Source: an uncultured Candidatus Saccharibacteria bacterium
GTDB taxonomy: Bacteria; Patescibacteriota; Minisyncoccia; Phycocordibacterales; Phycocordibacteraceae
Assembly: GCA_964398865.1 (NCBI GenBank)
Contig: CAYNOO010000001.1
Coordinates: forward strand, 43,661-107,660
Direction: 5' to 3'
Length of the DNA: 64,000 nt
The position numbers and the translations under genes were made by a program. Positions 17,543 to 24,584 of this stretch are shown piece after piece. Under the pieces are notes generated by a model. That model was not told the DNA's origin and ran no database searches. It saw only the letters and a list, made by a program, of their open reading frames with translations. Every line of letters starts with the position of its first letter. Position 1 is the first letter of the stretch.

Positions 17543-17602
17543 GCAACAGTCCGTGTTTTTTTGGCGTTTTGTGGTAGATTTGTGGGACTGCTTGGGGAAG
17601 TA

Positions 17603-17704
17603 GGCGCTCCCGTAAGCGAAGCTTTCGAGAGCGTGTCCTGAGAAAATACGCTGACGCTTTTTTGCTCAGTCGGGTCGGAACGAAAGAGTGCTTTCGTTTG
17701 CCCC
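17603..17704 (+). repeat. tRNA-5'-associated repeat, copy 1 (upstream of tRNA-Arg GCG)
   Basis: Aligns by eye with the reverse complement of 23677-23791 (CCGTAA, GC.AAGCTTT, GAAA.T.CGCTGACGCT, GTCG.G.C.GAA.GAAAG...GCTTTC). Confidence 0.65.
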
Positions 17705-17749
17705 TTCTTCACAAAAGCCGCGCTTTGCGCTATTTTCCTAAGAGACTAT

Positions 17750-17821
17750 GCTCCCGTCGTTCAATGGATAGGACATATCCTTGCGGAGGATACGATGTGG
17801 GTTCGATTCCTGCCGGGAGCA
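17750..17821 (+). tRNA. tRNA-Arg(GCG)
   Basis: GCTCCCG acceptor, A20 in D-loop, TATCC-TT-GCG-GA-GGATA, GGTTCGATTCC. Confidence 0.92.
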
Positions 17822-18017
17822 CAAGTACAAAAACAAGCTGCGCAAGCAGCTATTTTTGTTTGTGCTCCCGGAGCACGACAACTGCTTGTCGTGCGTCAGA
17901 AATCGAAAACCGGAGCCATGTCGCCTTTGCGACAGGCGAGGTCGGGCAGGAGCCACTTAGCGAGTCTTCGAGCTTAGTGAGATGCGCCGATTCCTGCCGG
18001 GAGCACAAATACAAAAA
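17822..18017 (+). repeat. tRNA-3'-associated structured element, copy C (after tRNA-Arg GCG)
   Basis: Inverted copy 17853-17907 split by hairpin 17872-17896; core 17908-17987; direct copy 17988-18017 (= 17804-17833, 1 mismatch). Confidence 0.9.
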
Positions 18018-18045
18018 ACTCCAGACAATTGTCTGGAGTTTTTTG
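18013..18045. terminator. bidirectional intrinsic terminator (tRNA-Arg element / rpsT)
   Basis: AAAAAACTCCAGACAATTGTCTGGAGTTTTTT palindrome with A and T tracts. Confidence 0.8.
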
Positions 18046-18052
18046 ATTTTAA

Positions 18053-18319
18053 TTACTTGCTGGAGGATTTCTTGAGGAGCGCGGAGAGTCGAGCCTTCTT
18101 TCTTGAAGCCGTGTTTTTCTTTATAACACCGCGCTTTGCTGCTTTATCTATAACACTATAGGCTTTCGCAAGCTCGGCCATCTGTTCTTTTTTATCCTTC
18201 CCTACAAACGTTCGAGTTTGCTTAACCCCCTCTGCCATCGCACGCTTACGACGGATATTGAAAACGCGCTTCCTCAAAGATGCGCGATGTGCCTTTTTCG
18301 CTCCTTTTGTGATTGCCAT
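18053..18319 (-). CDS. rpsT: 30S ribosomal protein S20
   Basis: AITKGAKKA.R...RK...N, AYS.IDKAAKRGVIKKNTASRKKARL. Confidence 0.95.
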   Translation of the reverse strand: MAITKGAKKAHRASLRKRVFNIRRKRAMAEGVKQTRTFVGKDKKEQMAELAKAYSVIDKAAKRGVIKKNTASRKKARLSALLKKSSSK

Positions 18320-18396
18320 TGAAAGGTACTTTAGCCTAAAATATCGCTCTCTGCAAATTGCGTCGCCTCTTCATCGACCAGTGTTAGAATAGCTCC

Positions 18397-18969
18397 ATGA
18401 TTGGGTCTTTGGACGGGGCAGTGCGAGGAATCATTCGAGATAGCGTCATTCTTGAAATAAATGGGGTCGGCTACCGCGTTGCGGTACCGATAGCAACTCT
18501 CACGGGCGCGAAAGAAGGAAATAAACTTTTCCTTTGGACGCACCTGGCTGTACGCGAAACTGCCCAAGATCTCTACGGATTTGAGACGCAAAATGAGCTT
18601 TCGTGGTTCGAGCTTCTTCTTACTGTTTCTGGGATCGGACCCAAATCAGCGCTTGGCATCATGAATACTGTCGATGCGAAGTCCTTGGAGCAGGCGATTG
18701 CTAGGAACGATGCGTCCATACTTTCAAAATCATTTGGTATCGGTAAAAAAACAGCAGAAAAGATAGTCCTGGAATTGAGAGAGAAAGTCGGATCCATCGA
18801 AGACAAGGGGGGGGAGAGCGGTTCCGACGGCGATGTGGTGGATGCGCTCGTAGGCTTAGGCTATTCGCTCCGTGAGGCACGAGATGCGGTGCATGCGGTA
18901 TCAAAAGAACTCGTTACGCCCGAGAGTCGACTCCGAGAAGCGATTCGCATTGCATCGCGTTCCCGTTAG
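18397..18969 (+). CDS. ruvA: Holliday junction branch migration protein RuvA
   Basis: MIG.L.G, NGVGYRV, THL.VRE....LYGF, VSGIGPKSAL, GIGKKTAEKIVLEL, AL..LGY. Confidence 0.97.
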   Translation: MIGSLDGAVRGIIRDSVILEINGVGYRVAVPIATLTGAKEGNKLFLWTHLAVRETAQDLYGFETQNELSWFELLLTVSGIGPKSALGIMNTVDAKSLEQAIARNDASILSKSFGIGKKTAEKIVLELREKVGSIEDKGGESGSDGDVVDALVGLGYSLREARDAVHAVSKELVTPESRLREAIRIASRSR

Positions 18970-18974
18970 AACTC

Positions 18975-20261
18975 ATGATGAACGTCCTGAAAAAAACGCT
19001 CCAGAGTATCATCCCGCCTTTCATCTTTTCTCACTTGCTGGCAAGCTATCACTTCATTCTTTCCTGGGGCGCCGCACTCATGTATGGATTTCCTTCCCGG
19101 GGACTCTTCGTTATCGGTGTGACTGGCACGAAAGGAAAATCATCCGTCTCCGAAATGATGAATGCAATTCTTGAAGAAGCTGGATATCGCACCGCACTTG
19201 CAAATACGATCCGTTTCAAAATAGACAAGAATTCGCGAAGAAATCTTTTCAAGATGACCATGCCTGGCAGAGGCTTCTTGCAAAAGTTTTTGCGAGAAGC
19301 CCGTGACGCAGATTGCACGCATGTAGTCCTTGAAATAACCTCTGAAGGTGCTCGGCAATTCAGAAATAATGGGATCGACCTCAACGCTCTTATTTTCACG
19401 AATATCGCTCCCGAACATATCGAGTCACATGGCTCGTATGACGCGTACAAGCGCGCAAAACTTGCTATCGGCATGTCTCTGGTACGCTCACCTAAACGCC
19501 CTCGCACACTAGTAGCGAACGCTGAGGATGAGGTTGGGAAAAAATTCCTTGCGCTTCCCGTGGATCGCGCACTCCCTTTCCGTCTTGAGGATGCGAAGCC
19601 GTATCAAGGTTTAGAAAATAAAATTTCCATGACCTGGAGTGATGTTACTTTTGATGTGCCATTCCCCGGAACGTTTACCATTCTAAACGCGCTCGCAGTC
19701 AGCACGCTCGCTCGTTCGCTTGGCATCAGCGCAGAAGTTGTTGGGCGGGCACTCCAACATATGCAGCCCATCTTGGGGCGAGTGGAGAGAATAGAAGCCG
19801 GTCAAAAGTTCACAGCCGTCGTGGACTATGCGCATACCACTGACTCTCTCATTGCTCTCTACGGCGCTTTCCCGCGCGCGCGAAAAATCTGCGTTCTTGG
19901 AAATACTGGCGGCGGACGGGACACCTGGAAACGCAAGGAAATGGGGGCTATTGCAGACAAGACGTGCGACACGGTGATTCTCACCAACGAAGATCCGTAC
20001 GACGAAGATCCACTGAAAATCGTTGAGGCGATGGCAGAAGGCATGGCTCGACGGCCCCTTATAATCATGGATCGCCGTGAAGCTATTCGGCGAGCACTAA
20101 AGGAAGCGCGAGCGGGAGACGCAGTCTTAATAACTGGAAAAGGAACCGACCCTTACATAATGGGTGCGCGCGGAACAAAAACCCCGTGGTCAGATGCCGA
20201 TGTCGTACGAGAAGAACTCAAAAAACTTTTGCGAGAAAAATCTTTAACTGATGAGAGGTAG
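18975..20261 (+). CDS. murE: Mur ligase, MurE-like
   Basis: IGVTGTKGKSS, LEITSEG, FTNI.PEHIE.H, GRVE, VVDYAHT, GGGRD..KR, TNEDP..EDP, ITGKG. Confidence 0.85.
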   Translation: MMNVLKKTLQSIIPPFIFSHLLASYHFILSWGAALMYGFPSRGLFVIGVTGTKGKSSVSEMMNAILEEAGYRTALANTIRFKIDKNSRRNLFKMTMPGRGFLQKFLREARDADCTHVVLEITSEGARQFRNNGIDLNALIFTNIAPEHIESHGSYDAYKRAKLAIGMSLVRSPKRPRTLVANAEDEVGKKFLALPVDRALPFRLEDAKPYQGLENKISMTWSDVTFDVPFPGTFTILNALAVSTLARSLGISAEVVGRALQHMQPILGRVERIEAGQKFTAVVDYAHTTDSLIALYGAFPRARKICVLGNTGGGRDTWKRKEMGAIADKTCDTVILTNEDPYDEDPLKIVEAMAEGMARRPLIIMDRREAIRRALKEARAGDAVLITGKGTDPYIMGARGTKTPWSDADVVREELKKLLREKSLTDER

Positions 20262-20273
20262 TACTATGTGATT

Positions 20274-21254
20274 ATGGATGATCCAAAATCAGATCTTCTC
20301 ATCGTCATTCTTCTTTTAATCGCGCTTGGCATTGCGTGGGTATGGACCGGAGGACCAAGCAAACCAATGGCACACCAGGGCGGACTCTTCAGCGCACCAT
20401 GGCCTTTAGGAAAGGGCGGTAATGCATACACGGTGCCGAGCATTCCACTTGGAACAGGCGACGAATCAAATTCGGTAAACGAGGATACTAATCAGAATTC
20501 CAACAATTCGCAGACAAAAACAAGCGTGTTTGACTACTTCTTCGGATACCGCCCAGGCACAGGCTACGTGGCAGACCCGAGCCCCTCTCCCTATGCATCA
20601 TATGTACGCCTCGACAGTGGAAACGCCACGAATGCTGACCCGAAACAGGAGTATGTTTCGATTCGCGTTTCGGGTTCGCTTCAAAGCAGCATCACCATTA
20701 CCGGATGGACACTGCAAAGCAGCACCAACAGCCTCAAAGTCACCATCGGCTCCGCCGCACAGATTCCCGCCTTGGGCGACGTAAACACGAACGCGCCAAT
20801 CACGCTTGGCTCCAATAGCACTGTCTATGTCACCACAGGATTCTCGCCTAACGGAGCATCCTTCCGCACAAACGAATGCACCGGATATTTCGAACAGTTT
20901 CAAGATTTCTCCCCTACGCTCCCAATGGAGTGCCCCCGCCCGCGAGATGAAATGTTTCTTTTTCCTGAAAAGACTGCTGGAAACGCAGAGTGTGAAAATT
21001 TCATCAACTCACTCCGTCAGTGCACACTCACCGTTACAGAAATCCCCGGCAAAATTGGTTCATCATGTCAGGACTTCATTCTGAATAATCTTTCATACAA
21101 CGGGTGCATCTTGAAACATAAGAATGATCCGAATTTCTATCGAGACGAGTGGCGAGTCTTTCTAAATCGCAATCAGGAACTTTGGAGTAACAGCCACGAC
21201 CGAATACTTCTCCTTGATGAGAACGGAAAATTAGTTTCTGCAGTGTCGTATTAG
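20274..21254 (+). CDS. hypothetical membrane-anchored Cys-containing protein (lamin-tail-like Ig domain)
   Basis: N-terminal TM; EYV.I.....ITITGWTL and IW.N..D...L.D.NG.LV-type motifs; ATG 20274 lies 6 nt after TACTAT. Confidence 0.65.
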   Translation: MDDPKSDLLIVILLLIALGIAWVWTGGPSKPMAHQGGLFSAPWPLGKGGNAYTVPSIPLGTGDESNSVNEDTNQNSNNSQTKTSVFDYFFGYRPGTGYVADPSPSPYASYVRLDSGNATNADPKQEYVSIRVSGSLQSSITITGWTLQSSTNSLKVTIGSAAQIPALGDVNTNAPITLGSNSTVYVTTGFSPNGASFRTNECTGYFEQFQDFSPTLPMECPRPRDEMFLFPEKTAGNAECENFINSLRQCTLTVTEIPGKIGSSCQDFILNNLSYNGCILKHKNDPNFYRDEWRVFLNRNQELWSNSHDRILLLDENGKLVSAVSY

Positions 21255-21255
21255 A

Positions 21256-21498
21256 CTAGCGGGATTTTTTCTTTAGCTCCCATCCGCGCGGGTCAATATC
21301 AACACGCTTGTCCCCTTTCCCTTTTTCTTTCGGCGTAACAGTCATTAGACCTTTGTAAGGGTGAACCTCAGCAATATAATCGAAGGCACTATCGGGGTGA
21401 ACAACGGTTTTCCCGGTCCTGATTTCCTTAGAGTTCAGATAACCAATGCGTTCAGACCTTTGCCCCCCAAGATGGTCTCGTTTGTATTCCTCTCCCAT
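21256..21498 (-). CDS. hypothetical protein
   Basis: 80-aa ORF filling the gap, TACTAT box just upstream; no recognised motif. Confidence 0.5.
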   Translation of the reverse strand: MGEEYKRDHLGGQRSERIGYLNSKEIRTGKTVVHPDSAFDYIAEVHPYKGLMTVTPKEKGKGDKRVDIDPRGWELKKKSR

Positions 21499-21524
21499 AG
21501 TCGAGCGATAGTATCCTGCTGAAC

Positions 21525-22022
21525 CTAGCCCGTCAATGATTCAGCTGCCTTGAAAAGAATGATGCCGGCAGCGACAGAAACGTTAAGTGACTCTTTCTCG
21601 CCTCGCATAGGAATTTCCACAACCTCATCACACTGCTTCAGCAGCAGAGGTGACACGCCCAAAACCTCATTCCCGAAGATGACGGCAATGGGAAACTTCG
21701 GTCGCCATTTTGCGTAAGAGATTGCGCGAGGAGATTGCTCCGCCGCCACAATGTCTACTTTACTTTTCTTCAGTTTTTTTATGAGAGCGCTGATATTTTT
21801 ACAGGATTCCCAGGCAACCGAAAGCTCTGCGCCGAGCGCGGTTTTTGCTATTTTCCCGTCAGTGCGCCCGAATCGGTCAAGCGGGGTTGGCGTATAGCCG
21901 GTGAGATAGATTTTGCCTACTCCTGCTGCATCAGCCGTACGAAATATGGCACCCACGTTTTGGGCACTCCGAATGTTATGAAGAATAATAGAAATGGGAG
22001 CGGGCACTTGATTCACAGGCAT
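21525..22022 (-). CDS. TrmH/SpoU family RNA methyltransferase
   Basis: LHNIRSAQNVGAIFRTADA, FGNEVLGV, IPMRGEKESLNVSVAAGI. Confidence 0.95.
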   Translation of the reverse strand: MPVNQVPAPISIILHNIRSAQNVGAIFRTADAAGVGKIYLTGYTPTPLDRFGRTDGKIAKTALGAELSVAWESCKNISALIKKLKKSKVDIVAAEQSPRAISYAKWRPKFPIAVIFGNEVLGVSPLLLKQCDEVVEIPMRGEKESLNVSVAAGIILFKAAESLTG

Positions 22023-22069
22023 ACCGTAACATTTTGGGAGCGGTTCCTCTACGTGATACCATTTGGCGA

Positions 22070-22417
22070 ATGGAGAGCCTCTTCCCTTCCCTTTTTACTT
22101 TTAGTTTCTTTGCGCCACTGATACTCCGCGTTGCACTCGCGTTTGTATTTTTTGAAGCAGCCAGAGGCACTTGGAAAGGAGAGAAGAAAGGAAAACTAGC
22201 TTCCTTCACCTCAGGCATTTTAGGTATTGCACTTATGCTCGGGGTATTCACCCAGCTCGCCGCAATTTTAGGAATCGCAAAAATCATCGTGCTTACTTTC
22301 CAGAAGCACGTCCCATCGATATTCCACAAGCGCGCATTCGCACTTCTTGTCGTTGCAATTCTAATTTCCCTGATACTCACTGGTCCCGGCGCAATTGCGA
22401 TTGATTTACCATATTAG
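22070..22417 (+). CDS. DoxX-like membrane protein
   Basis: PLILRVALA..F, LMLGVFTQLAA, LILTGPGAIAID; ATG 22070 after TGa-TACCAT. Confidence 0.75.
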   Translation: MESLFPSLFTFSFFAPLILRVALAFVFFEAARGTWKGEKKGKLASFTSGILGIALMLGVFTQLAAILGIAKIIVLTFQKHVPSIFHKRAFALLVVAILISLILTGPGAIAIDLPY

Positions 22418-22587
22418 TCCGCGCTGGACGAAGTTAGAACCTGTTTGACTTACGCTAACAAACGTAAGTTAGTCCGACATAACTGAGACTAGAGGTTGGA
22501 ACGGTTTTGGCAGTGAACTTTGACGGCTCAGACCCATTCAAGCGAAGTTTGATTCGGGGACTACCTGAATGGTAGTGTGGAAGAACT

Positions 22588-23532
22588 ATGGCAGCCGCAT
22601 TCTCCAGGGAAACACCCTCTGCGCCCAGTTTGACCGGAATGGAAGATTGGAAATGGCAAGAAAGAGACGTCGACCGCTGGTCTCGGGAACAAACGATCAA
22701 GCGCTCCTATCGGGATGAAGTCGTTGGCAAGATCTTAGAGCTCGGCGGGAAATTCGAACTTCATCAATACGGGGCGCTCTCTCAGGATCCGAAGCGCTAC
22801 CCCCTCTATCTTTTAAAATCCCCGAATTTTTCTCCCGCTAAAAAAACGGTCTTGATCACGGGTGGCGTACACGGTTATGAAACCAGTGGCGTTCATGGCG
22901 CGCTCGGATTCCTCGAGGGCGCGGCTTCCCAGTTTGACGGAAAATTTAATTTTGTGTGTGCGCCTTGCATCAGTCCGTGGGCTTACGAGACGGTTAATCG
23001 TTGGAATGCGCGCGCGTTCGACCCGAACCGTTGGTTTCGTGACGGGAGCCCGGTGGAGGAATGCCGGCTTTTCTTGAACGCGATGAAAGAGGTTCGACCC
23101 TTCGCGCATTTTGATCTGCACGAAACGACCGATACAGACAATACCGTTTTCCGACCGGCGAAAGCCGAGCGGGATGGAAAGGCCGAGGAGTGGTCGGAGA
23201 TTCCCGATGGATTTTACGTTGTCGGCGATACCGAGAATCCACAGGCGGATTTTCAGAAAGCTATTATCGAGTCGGTAAGCAAGGTAACTCACATCGCTAA
23301 AGCTGATGAGAATGGGAACATTATCGGAGCCCCGCTCGAGCAAGAGGGAGTGATCAACTATGATGTGAAGAAGCTCATGTTGTGTGCTGGCTTTTCAGAC
23401 GCCGCATATACTATGACCACAGAAGTCTATCCCGATAGCTCCCGGGCTACCGACGAAATCTGCATCAATGCTCAGGTCGCCGCTGTCGCGGGTGGCTTGA
23501 AATATCTTTTGAGCCGGGAAGAAGCCGGTTGA
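22588..23532 (+). CDS. M14 family zinc metallopeptidase / succinylglutamate desuccinylase-like
   Basis: TGGVHGYETSG (HxxE), NRWN..A.DPNR.F, HFDLHET, TTEVYPDS. Confidence 0.88.
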   Translation: MAAAFSRETPSAPSLTGMEDWKWQERDVDRWSREQTIKRSYRDEVVGKILELGGKFELHQYGALSQDPKRYPLYLLKSPNFSPAKKTVLITGGVHGYETSGVHGALGFLEGAASQFDGKFNFVCAPCISPWAYETVNRWNARAFDPNRWFRDGSPVEECRLFLNAMKEVRPFAHFDLHETTDTDNTVFRPAKAERDGKAEEWSEIPDGFYVVGDTENPQADFQKAIIESVSKVTHIAKADENGNIIGAPLEQEGVINYDVKKLMLCAGFSDAAYTMTTEVYPDSSRATDEICINAQVAAVAGGLKYLLSREEAG

Positions 23533-23559
23533 TGCGTCCGCGCTTAAGGAAAGAATCAG

Positions 23560-23632
23560 TCCGCCCGCCTGGGCTCGAACCAGGGACCCACTCCTTAAAA
23601 GGGAGTTGCTCTACCAACTGAGCTACGGGCGG
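23560..23632 (-). tRNA. tRNA-Lys(TTT)
   Basis: CCGCCCGTAGCTCAGTTGGTAGAGCA-ACTCC-CT-TTT-AA-GGAGT...GGTTCGAGCCC. Confidence 0.95.
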
Positions 23633-23676
23633 TAGTGAGAAGGAAAGTGTCTGCGAAGCAGTGTTTTTGAAACGGA

Positions 23677-23791
23677 GAGACAGAGGAAAGCTTTGCTTTC
23701 ATTCTGGCTCGACGAAACAAAAACAAGAGCGTCAGCGAACTTTCTTCGAGTGACCCGTCCGAAATAAAAGCTTTGCTTTTGTTACGGGCGC
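23677..23791 (-). repeat. tRNA-5'-associated repeat, copy 2 (upstream of tRNA-Lys)
   Basis: Similar to 17603-17704, same orientation relative to the tRNA and about 45 nt upstream of it. Confidence 0.65.
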
Positions 23792-23892
23792 GGATTCGTT
23801 TTTTCCTCTCTTGGTCTTCCGCGCATGAGCTTTATGCTCTTGGGCAGATTCGTGGATTATGCTCTAAAATCGTGAGTTTTTCCAGTCAGACA

Positions 23893-24582
23893 TCACTTCT
23901 TCAACAAAAACGCCTCCAGCAAATCCCCCAAGTTCCCTCCTCCAAGCCGGGATTGATGCACCATGCGAACTAATTCGCGCGATATCTCTTCACAGCCCGC
24001 CTCTCCTAAACGAGCCCCCGCTTTCTTTGTTTTTGAATAAACGAAGGGCTTTAAGCCTGCCTCGCTGGCTGTTTTTGCTTTCGATGCAAGAACCATCGCG
24101 CGCGCCTGCCACATAAGGATCCCGTGAATCTCTTGGGGCTCTGAACCAGAATCAATAAGACGTCGATAGGTTATCCAAGAGTCTTTCCTGTTCCCCGCAG
24201 CAAATGAATCGGTAAGAGCGAAAGCACTTAAGGTCGGCGTTGTGGTTTTTTCTTGTACCTCAAAGTTTTCTAGTGTCGCACCCTTTGGAATGCCTTTCTG
24301 AATGGGCACAGATAAAATCGGTTCAATGACGATTACCAGCGCATCGCCCTCAAGTAAATCTTCCGCGCGCTCGGTAAGTAAGATTTTTCCGTCCGGATCC
24401 TCAAGCGGTCGGTCGAGAAGGAGTGCAACTTTGGGAGCAAAGAGCCCGCGCGAACTCAAGTACCCGAGCACACCCGTGAACGCTTCCCCGCTTTCGCCAA
24501 AACGCACGAGCTCAGCTCCTTCCGCGATCTTCATCGCGCGCGCTTTCGCCTTGACCGTATCCCCCGTGAGTATGTAGAGCAT
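23893..24582 (-). CDS. holA: DNA polymerase III delta subunit-like (short form)
   Basis: MLYILTGD start, GLF....V..LD, F.L.D.....R, G.EP.EI.G.L.WQ, GLKPFVY.K; follows polA. Confidence 0.7.
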   Translation of the reverse strand: MLYILTGDTVKAKARAMKIAEGAELVRFGESGEAFTGVLGYLSSRGLFAPKVALLLDRPLEDPDGKILLTERAEDLLEGDALVIVIEPILSVPIQKGIPKGATLENFEVQEKTTTPTLSAFALTDSFAAGNRKDSWITYRRLIDSGSEPQEIHGILMWQARAMVLASKAKTASEAGLKPFVYSKTKKAGARLGEAGCEEISRELVRMVHQSRLGGGNLGDLLEAFLLKK

Positions 24583-24584
24583 TG

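Noticed and set aside
6161-18017. CRISPR array interpretation of the repeated GGCAGGAGCCACTTA core
   Set aside because: Copies are kilobases apart, with no repeat-spacer periodicity and no cas genes
22448-22483. Integron attC or Xer dif-like site (ACTTACG/CGTAAGT hairpin, AGTTA..TAACT)
   Set aside because: Too short, does not fit either consensus, no integrase in the window, and it lies near oriC rather than the terminus
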